From Azolla caroliniana (taxonomy: Eukaryota; Plantae; Polypodiophyta): a stretch of DNA of 64,000 nt. The position numbers and the translations under genes were made by a program. Positions 21,480 to 34,100 of the stretch are shown here, piece after piece. The notes beneath the pieces are model-generated. The model saw nothing but the letters and a program-made list of their open reading frames with translations, was not told the origin of the DNA and ran no database searches. How positions within the stretch are numbered: position 1 is the first letter of the stretch; every line of letters starts with the position of its first letter. The stretch is taken from the NCBI GenBank assembly GCA_043228905.1, contig JBHGNT010000013.1, positions 14,818,001 to 14,882,000 of the forward strand, given 5' to 3'.

Positions 21480-24425
21480 TACCCCCCCTTTAAGACGAAG
21501 AATGCTACGAGTCATCTTACATGGAAGACCTGGCTTGTTGGGATATCGTCGATGAAAGACCTCAACAAGAGCTCGAGCATTTACCACATTCTCGACTTGT
21601 TCCCAAGTATGCTCACATGGACTATAGCCTAGCCAATCAACCAAATAGTAGAACTTGTTGCGAACAATCTTGGAATCAAGGATGGCAGCTACTTCGTACT
21701 CCAGTCTTGCTTCAAGCTCGATCAAGGGTGGAGGTGGTATAATACGATTTAGAATAGTGTTGTTGTGATACGGTTCGAGAAGAGAACTATGAAAAACCGG
21801 ATGTATCCGTACTTGCAAAGGTAGATTGAGACGAAAAGTGACATCATTAATTTTTCCGATAATATGGAAAGGACCTAATCGCCGATAGTCCAATTTATCG
21901 CATGGTCGAGTAATCTTGATGTGTCGTCATAATAGCCATACCCGATCTCCAATGTTAAAATAGGATGGAAGCTGATGACGATCCGCGTAATCCTTCTGTG
22001 TTTGTTGGGCTTGTTGTAAATGAGTAGATAACTCTGCATGTATCTTGCGTAGCCGCTCCAAACGATCCACTACAGAAGGATTTATGGGTAACTCCGGAGT
22101 TTCAAATACACACCACCGGGGATGATAGCCCATATAAGCATAAAATGATGTAACCCTAGTCGATGAGTGGACAAAGTTATTATACACAAATTCTGCAAAG
22201 TGGAGAATATTTGCCCAATCATCTTGTTGATAGCTTAGAAAACACTGAAGATATTGTTCCAATGTTTGATTCATTCGTTCTACTTGTCCGTCTATTTGTG
22301 GGTGATTGCCGGAGGAGAGATTACAAGTGACATTGAGCATTTTGAAGAGATGCTTCCAGAATTTCGAGACAAATTGGGGTCTATGGTCACTGATGGTGCT
22401 ATCCGGGAGGTGATGATGCCGACATACCTCTCGTATGACAGTTTCAACGGTTTCTTCACTAGTGTTTTCCTTAGTACAAAGCAGAAAATGTGCCATCTTT
22501 GTATATTGATATACTACTGTTAAGATCACATTGAATCCCTTTGAAACTGGAAGATCTATGATGAAATTTAGAGAAATGGATTGCCACGGCTTACTTGGAA
22601 TTGGTAATGGTTCCAATAAACCATCTGGATGATGTCTTGGCATATTTGCCCTGCAACATGTATCACTTGTCTGAACATAGTCTTCGACAGATCGTCGCAT
22701 ATGAGGCCACCACAATGATTGTTGTACTAAATCCAACATTTTAGTACTACTGAAATGCCCAGTTGTATGTGTCATGATAGTTTTGGACTACTCGAAGGCG
22801 ACCAGAACCATTAGGAACATACAAGAGTTTCTTAAACAATAGTAATCCATCCTGACATTCGAATTGTCGATAGTCCGTACCTGGTTGTTGCGATTGCGAA
22901 CAAGATGCCCGAGAGTGATCAATTTGTGCTAGAATGGCTTGAGCGAAAGCATCTCTCTTCAAGTCCTCATGTACGATATTGATAATGTGGGAATCCAATG
23001 GCATATCGAAAACCCGCGTTGCTTGCAATCGTGCCGGTCCCAGGATTACTTGCTTTTAGTCATCGAATGTTGGCTCATCGGGATGCGGTGCTAGATACGA
23101 GCGCCGCGATAACGCATCTGCCTTCCCTTGCTATTTGTAATTTTGAAGTCGAAACGAGTGAGGAATTGGGCCCACCGAGCTTGACGTCGATGTAATACAC
23201 GAGCATTCTACTTGATGAGAAGATCCCTCTAGAAAATGCCTCCATTGCGTAAAAGAGTCCACTATTGCTAATAGCTCCTTATCATTAATTTCATAGTTGA
23301 TTTCAGTGGCGTCAACCTTGCACGAGTGGAAATCCACAAGATGTAGCTTTTCATCGTTGCCTTGTAGTGACAGAATGCTACCCAAGGCGAAATTTGACGC
23401 GTTTGCTTCAATGATGAACGGTTTTTTCGGATCAACATGGGCTAGGATAGGAGCTAATGTAAATGCCTTCTTAAGATCTCAAAAGCCATGTTCGCTTCTT
23501 TTGACCAAACAAACAACTACCCCTTCTTGGTAAGCTGTGTCAGAGGCAGAATAAGCTTTGCGTAATCTTGTATAAACCTGCGGTAAAAATTGGCAAATCC
23601 TGAAAAGCATTGCACATCTTGCAACGAATGTGGAGTCTGCCACTCTACAACAGCTTTGACCTTAGCTGGATCCATAGAGATGCCTTCCGAGGAGATGACA
23701 TAGCTCAGAAATTCCACTTGGTTGCACTCGAAACTACATTTTTCTAGTTTTGCATAAAGACCATATTCTCGAAGCTATTTTAGTACTAATAGTACATGAG
23801 AATCATGCTCTTCTTGGGTCTTCGAATAAACTAGTAGATCATCCAAAAAGATGATCAAACAAACATCCAAGAGATCTTGGAATATATCATTTGCCATGTG
23901 CTAGAAGATTGTTGGCGCATTAGTGAGACCGAATGGCATGACCGTATACTCGAAGTGCCCAAATCTAGTGCGGAACGCGGTCTTCCATTCATCTCCTGGT
24001 CGGATACGTACGAGGTTATATGCTATTCGTAAGTTGATCTTTGTGAAGAAACTTGCACCATTGATCCGTTCTAAAAGACTTGAGATAAGGGGGAGTGCAT
24101 ACCTATTCATGATGATGACCTTATTCAAGCCACGATAAACTATGATGAGACGAAGTGATCCATCCTTTTTCTTGACAAAGAAAATGGGTGGACCGGCTGG
24201 AGATTTCGAATGTCGAATGAAACCGTTTGCCAGATTCTCCTCTATATAGGCTTGAAGTACTTCTAGCTCGGTTGGTGACAAGTTGTAGATCGGTCCCCAC
24301 GGTGGATCTTTTCCCGGTTGTAAATCAATGGGGCAATCATACAGTTGGAGGTTAGGAAGCGTTGTCGCGTTGTTACGCGCGTGCGTGTAGAAGGGGCGGG
24401 ACCACTGGGGCCTTGGACCGAGGAG

Positions 24426-24522
<97 letters not shown>

Positions 24523-25372
24523 ACGCAACACTTAATTACAATGACAAAAGATTACAAACTCCGATGGTTACAACCGTCAAGGCAGCGATGGGCCCGACAC
24601 GGGGACCCTACTCACGCACACAGGCGGAAAACACTGGACCCAGAGAAACGCAGAAGGAAAGGCCTCTGCTGGCAGCGCACGGGCTACCCACGAAGCAGAG
24701 GCGTCGAACTCGCAAGCACCCAGAAAGAATGATGGTCGGAGGAGGAGAGAGAGATCGGCCCTCGGTCCTGCAACACTTCCCTTCTTAACGCGCGATCCCC
24801 CCTCTCTTCCTTCCCTCCCCTCCTTAAATAGTTCTCCCAAAAAAGGGGTGCCCCTTTCCCTATCAAATCGCTTTATTCCTTGTCCCTTATAACAGAGATA
24901 CGCACAATCCCTCCTGATCAATGTGCACTACTTAGTATTTACATCAGTTGATCCATTAATGAATCAACATCAAAATATCAAGTCAGGCGTCCATCCGTGT
25001 AAGAGCCGGTTCATGCGCCTTTTCGCCTGAATCCGCCTATGGCCGGTTTTCTTCACGACAGCGTATTGGCTTGTACCTAATCGAACACATCGTCATAATG
25101 ACGATACTTCTCTGGAAGTTGAACTGTGAATTCCTCTTTAGTGGTGTTGGAAGGTTTTACTTATATCGTGAAGATGAACTTTGCTTCCTTGCGTCCTTCC
25201 TCATGCAATTGATGTAGCAAAATGGTTGCAATCCTATGAGTAGATCCTTGGGTTTGTCGATACTAGATTTCTCTTGTTCTCCAATCTATGTCCGGGTTAT
25301 GTAATTCAAACCATGGTACCCAAAACAATGGGATGTTCTGGGCTATTAATTATATTAAATGATACTGCACAC
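21480..25372 (-). pseudogene. Chromovirus pol relic: RT, RNase H, integrase, chromodomain
   Basis: [25 protein letters not shown]; NYEINDKELLAIV; PQIDGQVERMNQTLEQYL; YEVAAILDS..YYLVDWLGY..TWE. Confidence 0.9.
24363..25060 (-). mobile_element. Solo LTR, Trp-primed Gypsy family
   Basis: Minus-strand termini TGTCGTGAAGAAAA..CAACGCGACA; 4-bp TSD GCGT; internal ~90-bp (GA)n. Confidence 0.92.
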
Positions 25373-26712
25373 TATTGTGAAGATTTTCGGCAATGGTGTG
25401 AAAATTGCATAAAACATACGAAATCGAGTATTAATTATATAAAACAATAATAGTGAAAATACTATTTTAAATATGTTTAATATCTTAGTACAAAAAGATG
25501 GAGGTATGCAAGAGCTTTCGAATGCACCTTACTACATAAGAAACAAACATCTAAGTCTCAAGTTATGTGGGTATGAAGTTTGCAAAGGAAAAGAGAAAAA
25601 TAAAACTGTGAAATATCCCACATAAAAAGGAAACGTTTAGGCCAAGTTATATAAGCAGATTGAGATCCATCATAATTCATCTATGTGTTAAGAGCACATA
25701 AGAAATAGTTGGACTTGAGCCACTTTTGTCTAGATGGACATATGTGGCTAAATCGCCGGATGTGGCTAAGTGCCCGAACCGGTTGGTGAAGAAACTCAAA
25801 GCGGCTGACGATAGAACCGGAAACTGGATGGAGCCGGCAATCGGTGACCGGACGCATTCGACAACTGACGACAGAACCGATGACCGACGATCCGGCGACC
25901 GACGGTAACCGGCGGCACTCGACGACCGGATAGATATATAAATAGATAAATAAATATATGTATACACATATGTAAAGAATCAAGAGATAGATTCTTGTGA
26001 AGCGGAAGAGATGTGAGTTATGTGTGTGAGTAAGAGAGAGAGAAAGAGAGTCTAGTGAAACACAGAGAATACACAAGGTAAAAGTATATTGACAAAGGAG
26101 AAAGACTCAACATTATACAAGGTGGGAGGAGGGTGCTTTATATAGTCACCCTCTCTCTTCATTAACTACAAGACTCATGGAGCATGGGGAATGTGAAAGC
26201 TCATAAGTTATGTGTCATAGAATATGATTCTATGACTCATACTAAATGCTAGAATACAAAGAGGAGACATAATGGTGACTCTTGACCATTGTAGTGTCTG
26301 TTCACTCTCAAGGTGAGTTCACACACTAAACCAAATTCAGCTTGATTCTCAACACACCCCCTCAAGCTCAAGTCGGATTGGTTTCAGACGGTATCCGAAA
26401 TCCGCTTCGACTCGCGTTCCGGAGTCTGCGTCGACTCGCATTTATGCGGAGTTGCGGAATCCGTGCTCCATCTTGCGTTGTGCATAGTTGTGAAGTATGT
26501 GCTTCGGCTTGCGTCTTTCTTCGCGGCTTTGCGCAGTAGATCGGCTCTTCGCGGTTTTGTTGCGTGGTTGTGTAATCCACGCATTCTTGCGTAGTGTGCG
26601 CAGGTTGCGGAATCCACGCGTTATTGCATAATGTCTTCAGTACTCCCCCTCAAGCTTGGCAGGTCAAGGATTGTCAATCTGAGATCGGTCATGAATTGCC
26701 ATAGCTTGTCGG

Positions 26713-27374
26713 TGATAAGAATACGCCTCCCTAAGCTATGCTCGGTCACAACCGAGACGTCGGATCAATCACAGAAAATAGGGATGTGGAGAGATGTATC
26801 TAAACACGAAACAGTAAAGAAGAGAGTGCACTGGATGTTAACGTGGAAAACCCATATATGGGAAAAACCACGGCAGCTCTCAGATTGCAAAATATCACTA
26901 TATCAAGATTACAACAATGGGGCACAGAGGCAACGACCTCTTGCTCCCTCGCTTCGCCACCAGGCGGTTATAACAGAGGCACAATCTCGGTATGTCGCTC
27001 TCTCTCTCTCTCTCTCTCACTTACACACTGTACAGAAGTTACACCAATAACTCTGTCATCATCTTATTAAGATTGCCCTAGGTCATATTTATACTAATAT
27101 GATTTTCGGGCTATTTACAAATGTAGCCCCAGTGGGCTCCCTGGAACATATTTACATATATGTCCCTTCCATCCGATGAGAGGTTCTCACCGGGCCTGCA
27201 ACATCCGGTTCTCACCGGGTCTTCCTTGCCGGGTACTCGTCATCCGGTTCTCACCGGGTCTTCCGTTGCTGGGTACTACACATCCGGTTCTCACCGAGTC
27301 CTATCAACCTCAGCCGAGTTGCTCAACAACACTGTTCTTCTCACTTCCCATCTAGAGGGACCTGTTTCCTAACA
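26713..27374 (-). mobile_element. Solo LTR (TGTT..GGTCCCTC..GATGGG family)
   Basis: TSD GTCGG; interrupts host RNase H end ALGAD|KLWQF. Confidence 0.92.
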
Positions 27375-29201
27375 GTCGGCTCCTAAGGCTTTAGTGAAGA
27401 TGTCTTCTGTTTGAAGATTGGTGCTTATGTGTTGTAGGTCGACATCGCCAGCTAGAACTTGCTCTCGGATGAAGTGGTACTGCACTTCGATGTGCTTTGT
27501 TCGCACGTGGAACACCGGGTTCCGAGCTAGATAGATACTGCTCATGTTGTCGCAGTAAAGGGAAGTCAGATCCTTGATGGGTACGCCCAGATCCTTGAGT
27601 ATCCTTTTGAGCCATACGGATTCACACACAACTACGACTGTGCCCCTGTATTCCGCCTCCGTACTCGAAAGAGCGACGATAAGCTGCTTCTTGCTACTCC
27701 AGGATATTGCTCCGCTGCCGAGGGAGAAAACAAATCCGGAGGTTGATCTTCTATCGGCTTTGTAGCTGGCCCAATCGGCGTCTGTGTACCCCTCGAGTTG
27801 TATTGGCATCGTAGTCTTGTAGAGGATGCCGCAATCCATTGTGCCGCTCACGTAGCGTAGAACTCGCTTAGCGCAATCCAAGTGAGTATCACGCGGTGTT
27901 TGCATGAATTGGTTAAGGAGACCGACCGGATAACTGAGATCGGGTCGTGTGATCGTGAGGTAGATGAGACTCCCGATGAGTTGCCGATACTGAGTCGGCT
28001 CACACGCTTTGGTGCCGGAGTTCGCATCCAGTTTGAGATTGTGATTGAGTGGGGTTGTCGCGGATTTGCACTCAGCCATCCCGAACTTGTATAACAAGTT
28101 CAGGATGTAGTGCCGTTGAGAGATCATGATTCCGGCTGGAGTCCGAATTACCTCGATGCCGAGGAAGTAGTGGAGCTCCTTCATGTCTGTCATCTCGAAG
28201 TTGTCGGAAAGGAGGGATTTGACCTTATTGATCTCGACGAGATGCTCACCTCCAATGACTAGGTCATTCACATACAAGATGATGACGATCGGACTTGCGG
28301 AATCGCTTCGTATGTAGAGGGAGTTGTCCGATTTTGACATACGGAAGCCGAGTTGATGAAGATATTGCGTTATCTTCGAATGCCAAGCACGCGGTGCTTG
28401 CTTGAGGCCGTATAGTGGCTTCTTGAGTCGACATACAGCTTTCGGATGGGTGCTTGAGTTGAAACCGGGTGGTTGTATCATGTACACCTCCTCTTCTAAT
28501 TCGCCTTGTAGAAAGGCGTTCTTGACGTCCATTTGATGGAGGTGCCACCCTTTCGCCGCGGCAAGCGCAATTATGGTCCGTACCGTAGTCATCTTTGCCA
28601 CCGGGGCAAAGGTCTCTTCGTAGTCAACTCCACACGTTTGCGCGTAGCCTTTCACTACGAGTCGCGCTTTGTAGCGGTTTACGGAACCGCCACCGTTGTA
28701 CTTCACCTTGTAGATCCATCTGCATCCGATCGCCTTTTTGTGTGGTGAGGTGGGAACGAGATCCCACGTCTCGTTCTTCCGTAGTGCTTGCATCTCCTCA
28801 TTCATTGCTTCGATCCTTCGCGGCTTCCGAAAAGGTTTCCGGCTCCCGTACTGTCGCTACCTTCATCATAAAGGCGTAATGGTACGCCATATAATCATTG
28901 TAGCCGAATCGGCTTACGGGGTTCTTTTCACGGGTGGATCGGCGGAGCTTTTCATTTGCAGAGATGAGGGATTTCTTACCTCCGATTGGTACCTCGAAAC
29001 CGCCGAACTCACTATCGAGTGAGTGAGTCGACTCATCGTCGTGGAAGCAATCGTCTTCGTATTCCGACATTTTCGCCTTGCCTTTGTCCATCTTCGGGCT
29101 AGGCCGTGATGTGCTTTGATCGCTCAAAGGCTCTTGTGGTCCGCTCAATCGGGTCGTGATCGGACTTTCTTCGAATATGCGCATAAGGATATCTTCATCC
29201 T
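27375..29201 (-). pseudogene. Copia RT-RNase H
   Basis: QMDVKNAFLQG, YGLKQAPRAW, YVND (dead YVDD), RTKHIEV. Confidence 0.92.
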
Positions 29202-30073
29202 TGTTGGGAGACAGGTCCCTCCGGATGGGAAGGGAGAAGAATAGTGCCGACGAACAAACTCGGTCGAGGCCGATAGGCCGAGGCCGAAACGATGTGAGGA
29301 GAACCCGGCTACGGAGAGCCGGATGATACAGACCCGGTGAAGACCGGATGAGGATTACCCGGCTACGGAGAGCCGTATGGTGCAGGCCCGGTGAAGACCG
29401 GATGAGGAGTACCCGGCTACGGAGAGCCGGATGGTGCAGGCCCGGTGAAGACCGGATGAGGAGTACCCGGCTACGGAGAGCCGGATGGTGCAGGCCCGGT
29501 GAAGACTGAATGAGGAGTACCCGGCTACGGAGAGCCAGATGGTGCAAGCCCGGTGTGAACCGGATGAGGAGTACCTGGCTACGGAGAGCCGGATGGTACA
29601 GAACCGGTGAGAACCGGAGGAGGAGACATATTCGTAATTATATTTCTGAGAGCCCATCGAGGCTATATTTATAAATAGCCGAAAAGTCATATTAGTATAA
29701 ATATGACTTAGGGCAAACTTTGTTGTGATTATCTTGTTGGTGCAAGAAGTAGAGAGAGCACGGAAAAAGTGTACAGAGAGAGAGAGAGAGAAAGAGGTCG
29801 CTGCCTCTGTTGTAACCGCCGCCTGTGGCGAAGATCGTGAGCACGAGGTCGTTGCCTTTGTGAACTCACTGTTTTGTACATTCTTACATAGTGATAGTTT
29901 GCAGCCTGTGGGCTGCCGTGGTTTTTCCCTCTTTGGGTTTTTCCACGTAAACATTCTGTGTACCCTTTTTTTCTCTCCTTTGTGTCGCGTGTTTTCGTTT
30001 CCTGTTTCCTGTGTATGAAAAGAAACTCGGTTGCAGCCGAGCGTTGTGTATAAGGAGCGTTGAGTTCCCGTCA
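29202..30073 (+). mobile_element. Solo LTR, same family, with ~6 x 54-bp tandem repeat (29296-29620)
   Basis: TSD ATCCT; unit GAGGAGTACCCGGCTACGGAGAGCCGGATGGTGCAGGCCCGGTGAAGACCGGAT. Confidence 0.92.
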
Positions 30074-30485
30074 ATCCTCGATCTCTTGTTCGGCGAATTC
30101 CGGGTCGAGCGGAGTTGGAGTTGGAGTTGTCTCTGGTGCGTACCAGGATGCGGACTCGTCAAAAACGACGTCTCGACTTACTCGAGATTTTCGAGTTGAG
30201 GGGTTGTAACACTTGTACCCCTTTTGCTCCAATGAGTATCCTACGAGGATACATTTCTCCGACTTCGGGTCAAGCTTTTGACGCTTCTCATCGGGGATGT
30301 GCACGTACGCTGTCGCACCGAATATCCGGATGTGCGATAAGTCCGGCTTCTTTCCGAAGTATTTTTTGTGCGGAGTGACCTTGTGCACGCCGGATGTTGT
30401 GCACCGGTTCATTAGGTAGACGGCCGTATTTGCAGCTTCGGCCCAATATGACTTGGGCATATGCTTCTCGTTCATCATGGCCCGC
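30074..30485 (-). pseudogene. Copia integrase C-terminal part
   Basis: WAEAANTAVYLMNR..KLDPKSEKCILVGY..SRDVVFDE. Confidence 0.9.
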
Positions 30486-33400
30486 TATTATAGATCTAAG
30501 TACTAACGTAAGCTTAAGATAAGGATAAAGAAATGATAGATAGTAAGGAGAAAGAGAAAGAAGGGTGCCGATCCACCCGACCACCCTCGAGCGAAGGGAT
30601 CGAGACGGACTCGAGCCTCGATCGGCGTCCCATACCACCGCCGTGGCGTTGAGTCGTACCTGGTGCTGGCGCGCTCGCTACAAGAGTTGACCCACCACAA
30701 GAGCAGAGTCTCGATGTAGTCAAAAGATGATCAAATGAGGGTAGCTAGGCCTCTTATTTATAGCGATACCCAAGTCCCCCAGGCAAGTTCACACTTGACC
30801 TAATGGGTTGTCTCAATCCCTAGGATTAAAAGTAATCCTCCCCTTCTTTACACTCTCGTTTAACCCTCACACTTATCCACATGTATAGAATACTACGGTA
30901 AATTCTTACCACGGGATATTATATGGTCATGCCCGTAACATACTCCCCCTCTTTAAAACATTGCACTCTTGCAATGGAAAGTTAGGGAAGTTAGTTCTAA
31001 GAGTATTTTCGCGTTCCCATGTGGCATCTTTTATTGATTTATCCATCCATTTTATTTTAAATTCTCGGATTTCTTTAGTACGTAATTTTTTTGTTTTAAC
31101 ATCGAGAATTCTTTTTGGTACATGTGGTTTAGAAGATAATTCTTCAAAAGTAACCAGAGTTTCAGTCGTAACTGTATTGTCGCCAGAACCTAGAAGTTCT
31201 TTTAGACGACTCACATGAAAGACTGGATGAATTCCGACACCATCGGGAAGAGCGAGACGATAGGCTGATGACCCAATGCGTTTGAGGACTGTAAAAGGTC
31301 CACAAAACCGTGGGGCTAACTTAGCGCACTTACCCGTAGACAATGTCTTAGAATCGTGAGGTACACGTAAAAATACCTTCTGTCTAGGGTTGAATACACG
31401 AGGTTGCCTATGATGATCGGCATAAAAACGCGCTCTATCTTGAGCTGTTTTTATATTATCTTGTGCAATATGCAACATATCTTGCATATCCCGAAGAAAG
31501 TTTTGCGTACTTCGCAACTCATCATGATGTATATTAACATCAATCGGGGCTCGTGGCTGAAAACCATACATCAACATAAAAGGACTATATCCCGTCGACG
31601 TATGCTTGGAGCTGTTATAAGAAAACTCCAAAATTGGGAGATAACGTTCCCATTTTGTTGGTTTTGCACCAACGTATGCTCGAAGCATGTCCTCAATAAT
31701 TTGATTTACTCGTTCTGTCTGTCCATCGGATTGAGGATGATCCGTGGAGCTCATGCTCAACGTAGTTTCTAACTTCTTAAGGACTTGCGTCCAGAAGTCA
31801 CTAGTAAACTTTGGATCTCGATCACTCACGATATCCATCGGTAACCCATAAAAACGAAACAATTCGTCCACGAATTGGTAAGCCAATTCAGGAGCTGTTA
31901 CCGTGGTTTTAGTAGCAATAAATTTGGCCATTTTAGTTAGTCGATCAACGACAACCCAGATGGTATCATGACCTTTTTGGGTGCGAGGAAGGTTGACAAT
32001 AAAATCCATGGATATACTTTCCCACTTATTATTGGGAATGTCCAAGGGATGTAAAAGTCCTGCGGCTTTAAGTCGCTCGGCTTTGTTAACCTGACACTGG
32101 TGACATTTAGTCACATAGCTATGTATGTCAGGACGCATCTTAGGCCAATAAAATTGAGTGGAGATGAGAACGAGTGTACGATGTATTCCAGGGTGCCCTG
32201 CTGAGGGCGCATCATGGCATTAAAAAAGAATCCTCTTTTTGACCTCGGGTAAATCTGGAACACAAACCTTCCCATTACGGTAGAGCAAACCGTTAGCAAT
32301 GTGGAAGTATTCATTCGAGGATGTGGTGGTGTCTGTTCCAGACTCAACTCTTGCCCAGTATTTTGCGAAATAATTGTCATCAGGATACTTTCCTCGAAGG
32401 TGATCATAAAGATCTGATCATATTTCAGTGAAGCTAAGCGTGTTAACTTCACGGATGCGACTTAGTGCATCAGCGACAGTGTTCATGGAACCTTTACGAT
32501 ATCGTATGGAAAAATCAAAGTCCTGGATGAGATCAGCCCATCGTGCCTTACGACCTTTAAGGTCTTGTTGGTCACAAAAATATTTCAAGGACTCGTGGTC
32601 CGTAGTTACCACAAAGCGATTTCCATAAAGATAATGGCGCCATGTTTTGAGCGCATGTATAACTGCAAATAATTCCTTTTCTTGAACGGTATACCGACAT
32701 TGAGCAGAATCAAGTTTCTTACTCTCGAACGCTATTGGTTTACCATCTTGATATAAGACAACACCTATAGCATAATCGCTCGCATCAGTTTCAACCTCAA
32801 AAGGTTTTGAAGGATCAGGTAAAAGAAGTGAAGGAGCCTTGCAAACCAGGTCCTTGAGTTCCTTAAAAGCGAGGTCTAGTGTACCATTCCACACAATAGG
32901 TTTTGTAGACTTATGTGTTTGACCTTTTAAAAGATCAGTAAACGTCGTCGTCAATTGGGAGTAATTATGAAGAGACTTTCGCAAAAACCCGACAAAACCA
33001 AGGAATGATCGAACTTCTCGAATATTCCGAAGAGTGGGCCAAAGCTTGATTTTCTCAATGCGAGAAGGATCAATTTCAACTCCTCGTTCAGTTATGAGAT
33101 GTCCAAGATAAGTAATTGATTTCTTGAAGAACTCACATTTTGAGATCTTTGCATAAAACTGTTTGTCACGCAATGTTTGTAAAACAAAGCGGACATGTCT
33201 AGCATGTTCTTGTAATGTACGGCTATAAATTAAAATATCATCCAAGAAAATAACGACAAATTTTCCAAGTTGTTCTCGGAAAATGTCATTCATTTCTTGT
33301 TGAAAAGTAGCCGGAGCATTGGTCAAACCAAAAGTAATAACCAAAAACTCGTAATGGCCATAGCGCGTACGAAATGCCGTTTTAGGAACATCGTCCTCAC

Positions 33401-34100
33401 TTATTCGTATTTGATGGTAGCCAGTACGGAGATCAAGTTTCGTAAAATACCGAGCTCCTTGGAGACGGTCAATTAGATCGTCAGCCCGGGGCAATGGGTA
33501 CGAATTCTTGATCGTCACTTTATTCAAGCGTCGGTAATTAATACACATACGCCATGTGCCCTCTTTCTTTTTAACCAAGAGAACTGGTGCACCCCATGGA
33601 GATTTACTATAACGTATATAACCCATTCGTAAATAGTCCTTGAGTTGCTTAGATACCTCATCTTCTTCGGATCGACTTAAGCGATACGGAGGTATACTTA
33701 TTGGTGCAACACCAGGTACAATATCTATACGATGGTCTATATTACGTTTAGGAGGTAACCCATCAGGTAGTTCACTTGGAAAAACATCACGAAAATCATT
33801 TAAGATTTCATCAAGTTGTTGTTCAAAATATGATAATTGAACCGGGACATTATCGATATTGTAAACGTGAATGTCCGGATCAAGTACACAATAAAATAAC
33901 GTAGAACAAGACAACTCGGATATTGATGGACACGAGGAAACAATCGAGAGGGATTGTTTTTTTACACATTGAATAAAATGCGTACAATCGTTTAGTACAA
34001 AAGAAATGGAATGGCGAACACAATCAATAAATAAAGAAGAGTTTTTATTATAAAACCAGGGATAACCCAGTATTACATCGGTGGTACAAAGATTCATTAC
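30486..34100 (-). mobile_element. Chromovirus 3' half: protease end, RT, RNase H, integrase, chromodomain, 3' LTR 30486-30941
   Basis: ORFs 32418-34097 (FLDD) and 30927-32138 (HPQSDGQTER, FCGPF, FKIKW..ATWE); PPT AGAGGGGGAG. Confidence 0.93.

Noticed and set aside
28798-30074. ORFs with 18-aa repeats
   Set aside because: Read-through of the 54-bp LTR tandem repeat
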